From Heptranchias perlo (taxonomy: Eukaryota): a stretch of DNA of 64,000 nucleotides. Shown piece after piece: positions 28,010 to 39,924 of the stretch (positions are counted from its first letter, which is position 1; every line of letters starts with the position of its first letter). A model generated the notes under the pieces. It made no database searches, was not told where the DNA came from, and saw nothing but the letters and a program-made list of their open reading frames with translations. The stretch lies in NCBI RefSeq assembly GCF_035084215.1, contig NC_090340.1, positions 15,066,001 through 15,130,000 of the forward strand. Direction: 5' to 3'. The translations under genes and the position numbers were made by a program.

Positions 28010-28700
28010 TAACAATTTAACGGACAGGAAAAGACCAGCTGGTCCATCAAGCCTGCCCCACACCATGATGACTAAAGTACTATGACTAAACACATCCACC
28101 CTCCCTCCCCAAACCCCACCCCATCACCACCCCCGGCCAGGTAATCTTCTGAAAGAGGCAAAATCCCGAAAAAATACAGGCCAAAAGGGGAAATATACCC
28201 TGGACTATTATCCTCTATGAACGCCTCAGGCGATCGAAACCAGTCCAGGTGATCACATAATGCATCACTAGTAACGTTCCTCCACGCTCAACCACATCAG
28301 TTAACAAGAACGTTTTCGCTGCGGGATTGGTGACATTTCCAAATCCAGCGTTTCAAATTCCTACTGATACCACATGATTCAATCTCGTGCATTTACCTTA
28401 GTGTGAGGTACCTTAACAAGGGCGTTCTGAAAGTCCAAGTAGACAATGTCTACCGGATTTCCGTCAACTACCCGAGCGACTTCCTCAAAAAACTACCAAA
28501 TTTATACTGCACGACCTATTTTTTCGAAAGCCGTTTTGTGAATTTCTAATGGCCCCTTTGCTTTTCCAGAGTTTATAAAGGGCATCTCTTACATTCCCTT
28601 CTATCATCTGCCCAAAGTGGCTGTCAGGCTGATAGGCCGACAATTCCCTCATTCTGATTTATCTCCTTTTTTTCCAAAATGGGATGGGGTTTGCAACAGC
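28010..28700 (-). mobile_element. Old CR1 fragments
   Basis: Minus-strand VDIVYLDFQNAL and a CR1 3' tail. Confidence 0.65.
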
Positions 28701-28899
28701 GCGGTAAATAACTCTGTTGGACCAAATGGAATTACTGGAAATGATACACGGTCGAGCACAGCAATGAGTAATTTAAAATATATCACTTTCAGAAAACCAT
28801 GTGTTGCTGAGAGATTATACAATTATATTACTGGACAGTGAGAATTTCTCTCTGGAAGTAAACCCAATTTTAACGTTCACAGCTTACAGGGTTATAAGG

Positions 28900-29035
28900 A
28901 CAATGCAGCACTCACACTGAGCACGGAAGTGGCAGTCCAGATTATGTGCTGAAGTCTCTGGAGTGGGGCTTGAAACCACAATCTTCTAACTCGGATGCAA
29001 GAGCTCCGACAATGAGCCATGATGGAGACCTAACA
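28900..29035 (-). mobile_element. tRNA-derived SINE head (HE1-like)
   Basis: Minus strand ...gagttagaagattgtggtttcaagccccactccagagac, a B-box-like motif. Confidence 0.5.
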
Positions 29036-29259
29036 TCACTCTTGCTGAAGATTGTATATTCAAACTAACTTTGAGCACCACCATTGGAGTTCCATATATT
29101 AGCAAGTTTCCGACGGTGAGTAAAAGATTCTATAGCTGTGTACCAAGATGGGTTTCTATGATTTGTAAACAGGAGCAGCGCTCAACTCGACCGGAAGGAT
29201 TTGGAAACCTGTTTACAATCAACAGAATTTCAGAATAAGTGAACTTATTCCCAGCAAAA

Positions 29260-31330
29260 CCTTAACTGCCTCCCATCCTAGTTATATCCACGGTGCGATC
29301 TCTATCTTCAGCTCAAATCCAAGAGGTGCACACTTGATCGCATCTTGCAAACAAGTGGCGTAACCATCTAATGCCAAATCTCGATGGGCCAAGTGAAGCT
29401 TTGTTAAGTTTCTAACTGTCCACTGCCACAACTGCCCACTGCCCTGGAATTGTGCTGGAGAGCAAAAGCAACCCATTGTTTCTTTCCTGCTCTGCCAACC
29501 ATCTGCTGAAACCCTACTTCCCAAACGACATGTTCAAAGAGCTCATGGAATTCTTTGTCATCAAATAGAGACCATCCGCTCAGCTGCCTCTACTGCTCCT
29601 CCATTCCACTTTCTTACTAGGCCAAATCACTCCTCCAAGCCATACCGTATCACGAGTCATGTTTCTCTGTAGCTTCTCTCACTTCTTCCCTCATACACTC
29701 TCAGCTCATCTGATCCACATGAGCTACTTCCTGCTCCATAGGCCCTATTCACATCAAACTGCTGCCCACTTAACTTGCCTGTCCGGCCGGCATGAGAGCT
29801 AACATTGTAAATGTCTCCCACTCCTAGGAGACTGTCCCTCTTCGTTTGGAAACCGCTGTCATCAACTCGTCTCAAAAAATTTACACTCGATCCCTCTCTC
29901 CTTGCAAGCTACCACCACAGCTCCAAACTCCCTTTCCTCCCTTAAGGCAGTGAACATGTTGTCACCTCTTAGATGCATGCCCATCTCCCCACCAGTCCCC
30001 GTTTGATTCTCTCTATTCCGTTTTCCATTTCTCACACAACACGAAAACAGACCTAACCAAGTTCATAAATTACAATATATGTGATTGTTATCGTGGTGCA
30101 ATTTCACATCTTTTCTTTCTCAACCCTCCTTTGACTTTGACATGGTCAACTAAACCACCATTCCCCAACGCTTCTGATCTGTTATCCAACCTGGTTAGAC
30201 AATGGCTCCACAAGTCCTCCAATCACAGCCATATAATCTTTACCAATGGCTTCTCTTCACATCTCACACTGTTAAATTGTCAGTCCCCCAAACATATATC
30301 CTTGGCACTTTCCGCTTGCTCATCATCATGTTACCCCTTGGCAATATTATCCACAGCCATTGGACAAATTTCCATTTGCACACAGTATTCATTTCTACCT
30401 CTCCATCACTCCACCATCATCACTACCACCACTCCCCCACCCCCACATTGACCCTCCTGCTGCTTCTGTGTTGTGAGACTGATTGTCTCACTCCAGTCTT
30501 GGTTAAAATTCAATTTCCCCCACCTGGACATTGGAAAGACTGAAGCCATCGCCATTGCCCCAGTAACAAAATCTATCCACTTGCCAATCACTCCGCCCCC
30601 TTCCTAGACACTGTCACAGGCTGAATGAGATTGTTTTCAATCTTGTCTGCATAAACCTTGAGATGAGCTTCTGACCCTATATACTCTTCTCTTGCCGACC
30701 ACATGCGTCCCCCTCCGTGACATTGCCCAACTCTGCCCCGACCTCAGTGCATCTGCTGATCAAACCCTCATTCATGCCTTTGTCACCTTCAGGCTTGACT
30801 ATTCCAATGCTCTCTTGGCCAGCCTCCCATCTCCACCTTCCGTAAACGGCAGGTCATCCAACCTCTGCTGTCCATTTCCTATTCCACACCAAGTCCACTC
30901 ACCCATCACAGCTGAATGCGCTGAGCTAAGTAAGCTTATATTCCCACAATGTTTCAAATTTAAAGTTCTCATGATTGTCTTGAATCCCTCAGTGGCTTCA
31001 CCTTTCGCTCAATGATGGAACCACCTCCCCAAGCTTTCCATTCCACTGACTCCGTCCTCCTGGATATCTGCTTTCCCTTCAAGTTATCATTGGCGGGCGT
31101 GCCTATCAGCCATCCACGACCCCTGCACTGGAATGCCCTCCTTAATCCTCTCCATCTCTCCAGCTGTCCCTTCTCCTTTACAAGCCTCCTTCAAATCTGC
31201 CTCTTTCAGGAAGCTTTAGGTGCTAATATCTCCTTTATTGGCTCTATCTCCTTTTGTACTTACCGCTCTGCGAACAACCTTGGGACGTATTTCCACGTTA
31301 AAGGCACAATGTAAGTGCAAATTGTTGCTT
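29260..31330 (+). mobile_element. Degenerate L2-clade LINE
   Basis: QTLIHAFVTFRLDYSNALLASLP; L2 3' tail. Confidence 0.8.
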
Positions 31331-32199
31331 TTATTGTTGCTGGGTTTTGTGCATAAGGCGGGGGTTGGGGGGGGGGTCGGGTGGGGGTGGTGCGGCTCTG
31401 TTTTCTATTATTGCATTCGCTATTTTCCATGTCTGAGAAATTCCATCAGGGAACTTTCATGGAGTTTAGTTATCTGAACCAATCAGAGAAGCATGACGTG
31501 TTAATTTGTGGAGTGCTGCTCCAATGCGAAGCTTTATCTATATTGTTCAAGTTTGGTGCGCGTGAACAGGGGCAATACATGAAACATTCAATTGCATAAA
31601 ATTGCTCTAGATCTTCTCTGAAGTGAATACTCTTCAAACGGTGATAAAGCCTGCAATGGGCAGAAACTCGAATGGGGAGAATGTTACCTTTTACTGTTCT
31701 TAACTCGTTCTTCCGTAATGAGTGTTTTAGTTGTAACTCATTAGGCGGCCAATTTATGTTCAGCTAAGTAATATAACCACTATAAAACCAATTTGCACTA
31801 CTTTAACGTGACAACCATTAATGCGCTGTATTCATTTTGGACAGAAGCCGAGCGCTAATAACACAATAAATTTGCAGGTAAAGCCGGACCGGAAGGACAC
31901 ATCTGCAGCTGTATAATGGAATCCTACGCTGTGTATAAAAAGAACAATTGATAACAAAGAGGCTCACGGTTTGCAACGTAATCTGGCTCCCCGGAGAACG
32001 ACGAAACTGCAGCTCAGTACGTCACAATGAACGGTTTCCTGCACCAACATCAACACCCAATCGCGTGATAAGGCACAGGATCACGTGATCACTGATCGAT
32101 CAGCTTTGAGATGACTTATTTCGGATTGATGTCCAATCTTCTGAGTACAAGACATTACAAAGCATAGCATCAGTCTAAACTCACATGGGATGTGCAAGA

Positions 32200-35100
32200 T
32201 TTATTCGTTCATGGGGTGTGGGCGTCGCTGGTGAGGGAAGCATTTATTGCTCATCCCTAATTGCCCTTGAGAAGGTGGTGGTGAGCGGCCTTCTTGAACC
32301 GCTGCTGTCCGTCTCGTGAAGGTTCTCCCAAAATGCTCTTAGGAAGGGAGTTCCAGGATTTGACCCAGCAACGATGAAGGAACGATGATATATTTCCAAG
32401 TCCGGACGGTGTGTGACTTGGAGGGGAACGTGCAGGTGGTGTTGTTCCCATGTACCTGCTGCTCTTGTCCTTCTAGGTGGTAGAGGTCGCGGGTTTTGGA
32501 GGTGCTGTCGAAGAAGCCTTAGCGAGTTGCTGCAGTGCATCCTGTGGATGGTACACACTGCAGCCACTGTGCGCCGGTGGTGAAGGGAGTGAATGTTTAG
32601 GGTGGTGGATGGGGTGCCAATCAAGCGGGCTGCTTTGTCCTGGATGGTGTCGAGCTTCTTGAGTGTTGTTGGAGCTGCACTCATCCAGGCAATGTGGAGT
32701 ATTCCATCACACTCCTGACTTGTGCCTTGTAAATGGTGGAAAGGCTTTGGGGAGTAGGGAGGTGAATTACTCACCGCAGAATACCCAGCCTCTGACCTGC
32801 TCTTGTAGCCACAGTATTTATATGGCTGGTCCAATTAAGTTTCTGGTCAATGGTGACCCCCAGGATGTTGATGGTGGGGGATTCGGTGATCGTAATGCCG
32901 TTGAATGTGAAGGGGAGGTGGTTAGACTCTCTCCTGTTGGAGATAGTCATTGCCTGGCACTTGTCTGGTGCTAATGTCACTTGCCACTTATGAGCCCAAG
33001 CCTGGATGTTGTCCAGGTCTTGCTGCATGCAGGCTCGGACTGCTTCATTATTTGAGGTGTTGCAAATGGAACTGAATATTGTGGAACCGTCAGCGAACAT
33101 TCCCATTTCTGACCTCACGATGGAGGGAGTCTCATTGATGAAACAGCTGAAGATGGTTGGGCCGAGGACACTGCCCTGAGGAACTCCTGCATCAATGTCC
33201 TGAGGCTGAGATGATTGGCCTCCAACAACCACTACCATCTTCCTTTGTGCTAGTTATGACTCCAGCCACTGGAGAGTTGTCCCCCTGATTCCCATTGACT
33301 TCAATTTTACTAGGGCTCCTTGGTGCCACACTCGGTCAAATGCTGCCTTGATATCAAGGGCAGTCACTCTCACCTCACCTCTGGAATTCAGCTCTTTTGT
33401 CCATGTTTGGACCAAGGCTGTAATGAGGTCTGGAGCCGAGTGGTCCTGGCAGAACCCAAACTGAGCTTCAGTGAGCAGGTTATTGGTGAATAAGTGCCGC
33501 TTGATAGCACTGTCGACGACACCTTCCACCACTTTGCTGATGATTGAGGGTAGACTGATGGGGCGGTAATTGGCCGGATTGGATTTGTCCTCATTTTTGT
33601 GGACAGCACATACCTGGGCAATTTTCCACATTGTCGGGTCGATGCAAGTGTTGTTGCTGTACTGGAACAGCTTGGCGAGATGCGCAGCTAGTTCTGGAGC
33701 ACAATTCTTCAGCACTACAGCTGGGATGTTATGGGGCCCATAGCCTTTGATGTATCTAGCGCACTCAGCCGTTACTTGATATCATGCGGAGTGAATCGAA
33801 TTGGCTGAAGACTGGCTTCTGTGATGGTGGGGATATCGGGAGGAGATTGAGATGGATCATCCACTCCGCACTTCTGGCTGAAGATGGTTGCAAACGCTTC
33901 AGCCTTGTCTTTTGCACTCACGTGCTGGACTCCGCCATCATTGACGATGGGGATGTTTACAGAGCCTCCTCCTCCCACTATTTGTTTAATTGTCCACCAC
34001 CATTCACGACTGGATGTGGCAGGACTGCAGAGCTTTGATCTGATCCGTTGGTTGTGGGATTGCTTAGCTCTGTCTTTCGCATGTTGCTTCCACTGTTTAG
34101 CATGCATGTAACCCTGAGTTGTAGCTGCACCAGGTTGGCACCTCATTTTTAGGTACGCCTGTTGCTGCTCCTGGCAAGTTCTTCTACACTCCTCATTGAA
34201 CCAGGGTTGATCCCCTGGCTTATTGGTGATGGTAGAATGAGGAATATGCCAGGCCATGAGGTTACAGGTTGTGCTGGAATACAATTCTGCTGCTGCTAAT
34301 GGCCCACAGCACCTCATGGATGCCCATTTTTGAGCTGCTAGATCTGTACTGAATCTATCCCAATTCGCACAGTGGTAGTGCCACACAACACGTTGGTTGT
34401 TGTCCTCAGTGCTAAGATGGGACTTCATCTCCACGAGTACTGTGCGGTGCCACTCCTACCAATACTGACAAGGATAGAAGCATTTGCGACAGGTAGATTG
34501 GTGATTATGAGGTCAAGTAGGTTTTTCCCTCGTGTTGGTTCGCTCACCACCTGTTGCAGGCCCAGTCTGGCAGTTATGCCCTTCAGGACTCGGCCAGCAA
34601 TGGTGCTACCGAGCCACTCTTGGTGATGGACATTGAATTCCCCCACCCAGAGTATATTCTGTGCCCTTGCTACTCTCAGTGCTTCCTCCAAGTGGTGTTC
34701 TACATGGAGGAGGACTGATTCATCAGCTGAGGCAGGGCAGTAGGTGGTAATCAGCAGAAGATTTCCTTGCCCATGTTTGACCCGATGCTATGAGATTTCA
34801 TGGGGTCCAGAGTCGATATTGAGGTCTCCCAGGGCCACTCCCTCCTGACTGTATATCACTGTACCACCACCTCTGGTCGGTCTGTCCTGCCGGTGGAACA
34901 GGACATACCCAGGGATGGTGATGGAAGAATCTGGGACATTGGCTGAAAGGTATGATTCTGTGAGTATGGCTATGTCAGGCTGTTGCTTGACGAGTCTGTG
35001 GCACAAGTCCCCAGATGTTAGTGAGGAGGACTTTGCAGGGTCGAACTGGGCTTAGTTTGCCTTTGTCGTGTCCGGTGGTCCGTCCTGTTTTATTCTTATT

Positions 35101-35457
35101 ATGACTTTTTTTAAGCGAGATTTTACAACTGAGTGGCTTGCTCGGCCATTTCGGAGGGCAATTAAGAATCAACCACACTGCTGTGGGTCTGGAGTCACAT
35201 ATAGGCCAGACCGGGTAAGGAGGGCAGGTTTCCTTCCCTAAAGGGCATTAGTGAACCAGATGGGTTTTTACGACAATCCGGTAGTTTCATGGCCACCATT
35301 ACTGATAATATTATTTTAATTCCACATTTTTTAACTTAATTACCTGAAGTTAAATTCCGCACCTGCCGTGGCGGGATTTGAACACATGATTCTGGATTAT
35401 TAGTTCAGGGCCTCTGGATTAATATTCTAGTAACATAACCACTATGCTTCCGTACCC
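32200..35457 (-). mobile_element. CR1-type LINE (APE and RT, no ORF1) with tRNA-derived 5' head, inserted upstream of gene A
   Basis: PDIAILTESYL, GEFNVHHQEW, NYRPISL, DIKAAFDRVWH, GVPQGS, FAD. Pol III A-box 35439-35449 and B-box 35375-35383. Confidence 0.9.
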
Positions 35458-35972
35458 GTAATCTACAAACTGCCGTATTAATCAATCCTTTTCTCAACAA
35501 CGTTTTTCAGAAAATATTGCTGCTTATTATTCAAAAGCTGATTATGAGCGATCAATGATGGATCCCAATTTGTATTGATTTGGCTTTAGGTCACGTTAAG
35601 GTCGTGGGCAGAGGATGGTCAATGTACGTATCAAAGTCTTGCGAAATTCACCCAAGAAGATCGCAATCCTCCATTCCGGCATCTGAAAGAATCAGGAAAC
35701 TACACTGACTGCACGACTTTTATTAAATTCTGCATTTGGAAAGCAAATATTTTCCCTTACTCTTTTCTGTCCGTGAAACATGTGATTACAACAGTCGAAT
35801 AATGCAGAAGTTAGTGTATCGCAGTGAACAAACGAAGCATCCGTTCTAAAGCCGCAGTTACAGGATGTCATACGACACAGCGACGCATCTTATGAAAATC
35901 AAACCGCAAACCATTCTTAACAGTGGCAAACTCGTAATTAGTGCAGTGCGTCAGTTTAAACAGTTGCTCAGA

Positions 35973-36027
35973 ATGTCGACAAGTATGATGTTTCTGTGCT
36001 TGACGCTCCGGGGGATTATTTACACAG
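35973..36027 (+). CDS. Gene A exon 1, signal peptide MSTSMMFLCLTLRGIIYT
   Basis: Hydrophobic leader, donor ACAG|gtacc in phase 1, same 55-nt length as gene B exon 1. Confidence 0.85.
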
Positions 36028-39000
36028 GTACCTCTTTATTCACAAGAACAGCTAATTTAATTTATAAAAGGATTCCGAAATAGTTTCCACATAAATGCAA
36101 TGAACGTAATTCCTCTATTTAGATTCATTTTTTCTCTCTTCCATCTCCATGTCGTATCTCATACAATTAACCCGGACTTGACTACATTTTCTGACAGCTG
36201 CGGACCACACTTCGTTCAGAGTGACTCAAGTGCCCGAACAGGCGACTCTATCCAGAGGGGGAAACATCACCTTCTACTGCATATTCCCCATCTCTCAAAC
36301 CCATTCCTGGGTAAGAGTGTATTGGTGGAAACAGGGTGAAAATAAATACCTGCAAAGAAGCGCCGATAAGAGGAAACAATTTGGTCTGGAAGGTAAAGCG
36401 AGCGGTTTCTTTCAGTTAATGCGCGCGACTTTCCAAGACTCTGGAGTCTATCACTGCGCAGTGATCCGAGAGGGAACAGTCGGAGGAAATGGAACCGGAT
36501 CACATCTAATTGTGTATGGTAAGTGTGAAACACCACAGAGCGGGACTGTCGTAAAGGTATCAAACATAACAAACGGGAATGTTTTGTGATTGCGTTATTG
36601 TACAGTTTTTGACACTATAAACATTTCTGTGAAAACTTTTCGCGAGAAAGTTAAGTTGTATATTCGTGTTCTCTTTATATAACTGTCAATTACAGAGTAA
36701 AATGTAACCCTCCACTCGCAGGGTACGGCAAAATGTATCCATGTTAAGCAATTGGACTGTACCTCCAAATAAATTTATACACCAGATGCCTGAAGTTCGT
36801 AACAAATTCCAAGCGGAGTGAAAATTGTTCATATTAATGCGCGTCCCCGACCATGTACACGGCTCTTAGCCCATTTTGGATGCTCTGACTGCTCCCATCG
36901 CTGTCTCTGGGGTTTAACATTCTTGAAATTAATTCTCACTTCATGATTGGCTCGTTAGCGTCACAGATTTGAAAGCCAGCGTGCAACTAACTGTTGACTA
37001 ACGGATTCATTCAACAACGTGGAGCTCGGAATTCACAACGTCGTCACCTCACGAACCCCCAATAATCACAATACGCAAGAACTGTGGTACTGAAACCTCC
37101 TGAGGTTCAACCGAATATAGTTTCTTTCATCAATTGTCATGCTTCGGCTGTGAGATCTGTCCGATATTGACTAATACCCTCCTTTTATCATCGGCAATGT
37201 GTAGATCACTCGTCACTGCCTAAATGAGTTTAAAAAAACATGGAGGGACAGGGGACGCCAACTTTCCCCCAGGGTTTATTTGTTTAATTCTTTGGACTAT
37301 GAAACGCGACATTGATTAGCGATTGAAGCGACGTTTCTGCTCCACTATCGAGTCCAAAATTCAACGTTTTGGACTCGATAGTGCGTGTAAAATTAAACAG
37401 ATGTCGGTGACGATGAGTGATATGGATGAGGTGTGGGTAGATGATATGCCTAAAATAAAAAGGACAGGAGGCTGTGCTTTGGAATGTTGCTGTTACAATC
37501 AAATAGACCGAAGGTAAATAAGATTCATATTTAATTTTTCCCAATATTGCGCAGTAACTCGATTTTGTTCATTGTCTGTTCCGCAGCTGCCCCAACTCCA
37601 CTGAAGATTGCCTCGAGGACAGCTGAAGGGAATTCATCTGCGCCTCTGACTCTTGTGTGTGAAACGGCTGAGTTTTATCCGGAGAATTTCACCCTCACTT
37701 GGTATAAAAATGGCGTCGAAACTACAAGAAGAATAAATACCATTAAACGGCAGAACACTGAGGGGCTGTATGAAGTTTCCAGTTCTTTGGAAGAGACGCA
37801 GCCTGTCCCGAGCGGCACGAATTATACCTGTTTGGTATCTCATGTCTCCCTCGAGACTCCAGCTGTTATCACCTATACTAAATTTAACCCAGGTACGAGG
37901 CCAATGGTCCAGCTACTCTTAAATTCGCAAAGAGCTATATCTTAGAGTTTGTGCCTATTAATATGGTTCACAGAAAACTCATGGGAAATATTATCGGAAA
38001 CACCCGCCATAATGTACAACATTATTCTTGCAGATCCTGTCGGTATGTCCCCTTACTACTCGGGTTTTAGATATGCGGTGGGCGGTTTGGCGTTTCTCGT
38101 GCTCCTGGTCATCATTGGAACGCACTGCCAATTGCAGGTTAAAAAAGGTATGATCTACTGAAACCGTTTGATTTTCATACAAAACTTCAGAGAGCGGTGG
38201 AGAGGGAAAGTGAGGGTCTCCGAGTAACACAAAGGACAACTCAGTTATGACTTAAACTTGAAGGCAGTGTTATCTGATTTCAGGGAACGCCGATTGTTCC
38301 AGACAGTAATGGATTCTGATCCTCAAGAATCAGATTAAAAATAGTCCTGATTACCTGTGTATTTACAACAAAAGTTTCCACTTTGCAGCGTGATAAATGA
38401 AATGTACCGTGACACACGATCACTTTCCAAACCAGTGGGCTGTGGGTCTGCAATTCGTTTGAGTGAAGCGGTGTGAGCTTCCGGCCGGTAACGGTTGTAG
38501 ATCATTGCTGATCTCTACAGAGGCTTGGATTCAAACATTGTCGTTGCAAGAAATATCTTTGAAACCACTGATATGGAAAAGTAGTAAATATTTCAATCAT
38601 TCATTATGATTACATTTCATTAATTCACAGGTGAAAAAGATGGAACGGGATCGAAGCGACGTGAAAAGCCGGTACGTTCATTCATTCATTTCCACAAAGG
38701 GTTCAATTATGCAGAAAGATTGATATCATGGAGATATTTTACATAATCATGTCAGAACAGTTTGCCTATTTCCTAAATGTGGAGATGCCGGTGATGGACT
38801 GGGGTTGACAAATGTAAACAATCTTACAACACCAAGTTATAGTCCAACAATTTTATTTGAAAATCACAAGCTTTCGGAGGCTTCCTCCTTTCCTAAAAGT
38901 ATTTGTTCCGCTTAATGGGTCATTCAAATCGTGTTCAGAAAAATATTTGACGCTGGCAGGGAAGGAGTTCACCCTCGAGGGCGAAATTGGCTTTCAGAGA

Positions 39001-39493
39001 AGTAAAGCCAGCGCGGTGTAAAACGGGCGGTCAATTCGCTCGATTCGCGCTACCGCGGAAGACCAATTTCAACCCCGTCCCCATTGCGTTGCCGTTTAAA
39101 ATTGTTAAATACTAGAAAAGAAAACTGTCTGTTTCGTTGATAATGTACCTAACTAATAACTGTTTATAGACTCAATATTATTTTTAATTCGGGAAAAAAC
39201 GAAATGAATTTGTGTTCTGGAACTACCGCTCATTTAAACACTTCTGTATTGTAGAATGAAGATTGACAGCTTTAAATATGTGTTATAGTGACCACAGTAC
39301 TCACCGGTCTCAACATTTGCACTTATGTAACTATATTAATTATGGTTTCTGTACTTCATCTCTAGCCCAAGTTGTTCTGTTCATTGTTTAATCAGTATTC
39401 TGTGAACTGGTGAACTAGCCACATTACAAAACATATACTTGTTTCTGGCCCATGCAGGAAGCAAAGGCTGATATCGTTGATACGCTGCAGTAG
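35973..39493 (+). CDS. Gene A: IgSF VJ-C1 type I membrane receptor (SIRP/NKp30-like), short Tyr-free tail, TM Arg, putative activating. Exons 35973-36027, 36198-36518, 37587-37892, 38034-38147, 38631-38671, 39458-39493; 290 aa
   Basis: All introns are GT-AG with consistent phases (1,1,1,1,0) and the 873 nt join into one ORF. Exon-for-exon homology with gene B. Confidence 0.88.
36198..36518 (+). CDS. Gene A exon 2, V-set Ig domain with fused J-like strand
   Basis: ITFYC...VYWWK...DSGVYHC...GNGTGSHLIV. Acceptor ctgacag, donor gtaagt. Confidence 0.93.
37587..37892 (+). CDS. Gene A exon 3, C1-set Ig domain
   Basis: LVCETAEFYP, WYKNG, YEVSSSL and YTCLVSHVSL match the C1-set signature. ccgcag acceptor, gtacga donor. 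Confidence 0.93.
38034..38147 (+). CDS. Gene A exon 4, stalk and TM (SGFRYAVGGLAFLVLLVIIG)
   Basis: Hydrophobic run, ttgcag acceptor, gtatga donor, phase 1-1. Confidence 0.88.
38631..38671 (+). CDS. Gene A exon 5, cytoplasmic (GEKDGTGSKRREKP)
   Basis: ttcacag / gtacgt. Positional homologue of gene B 62132-62175, with similar flanking intron sequence. Confidence 0.78.
38769..38897 (-). mobile_element. Penelope 3'-terminal fragment in gene A intron 5, with TSD TTTCCTAAA
   Basis: Near-identical reverse complement of about 27741-27853. Absent from the homologous gene B intron. Confidence 0.85.
39458..39493 (+). CDS. Gene A exon 6, truncated tail EAKADIVDTLQ*
   Basis: Acceptor ttctggcccatgcag is identical to that of gene B exon 6. 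A 1-nt deletion relative to B leads to TAG at 39491-39493. Confidence 0.72.
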   Translation, partial: EAKADIVDTLQ

Positions 39494-39762
39494 GTTTGGC
39501 CAGAACCAAATAAACTCCAAGACGTAAACTTGCAGAGAAAAGGACTGTGTTCAATTGGGCGGGGTGGGAAGCGGATCAGACAGATACAGATCATCAGTGT
39601 AGCACCAAAATTCATGCGATAACGGAGAATATAAGGCTAGCTAACTCTGGTGGTGTATTATATCGAAAGCTGTTCGTGTGTTATTCTGATGATTCTTTTC
39701 AGCAGCTGTCCACAAATTGGCAAAACGACCAATTAACAATATTTCCAAACACGGGTTTACAG

Positions 39763-39825
39763 CCCAAAAAAGGCACCTTCGCGACTCTAGATTTGACAGT
39801 CCAAAAAACGGGGAAATCCAAATAA
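39763..39825 (+). pseudogene. Relic of the ITIM exon behind gene A (PKKGTFATLDLTVQKTGKSK*)
   Basis: Aligns to gene B terminal exon (LTYATLELSGSGKARKSK) with Tyr->Phe. The tttacag acceptor is retained. Confidence 0.72.
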
Positions 39826-39918
39826 AAGAGAAAGACATTGCAATATTATATCATTGAATGTGGGTGTAATTGTTTGTTTCTGCTTACATATTTGAGGAAT
39901 TCTCATTTATTTACTTGT

Positions 39919-39924
39919 AATAAA
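39919..39924 (+). terminator. Candidate polyA signal of gene A
   Basis: AATAAA in the context acttgtAATAAAaa, shared with gene B 63484-63489. Confidence 0.5.

Noticed and set aside
35375-35457. tRNA-like sequence with A and B boxes
   Set aside because: It is the head of a retroposon, not a tRNA gene; no proper cloverleaf is evident.
36450-36465. 16-bp palindrome ATCACTGCGCAGTGAT in both V exons (also 57595-57610), resembling RSS heptamers
   Set aside because: No nonamer was seen at 12/23 spacing, the heptamers are mismatched, and the YHCAVI codons explain it.
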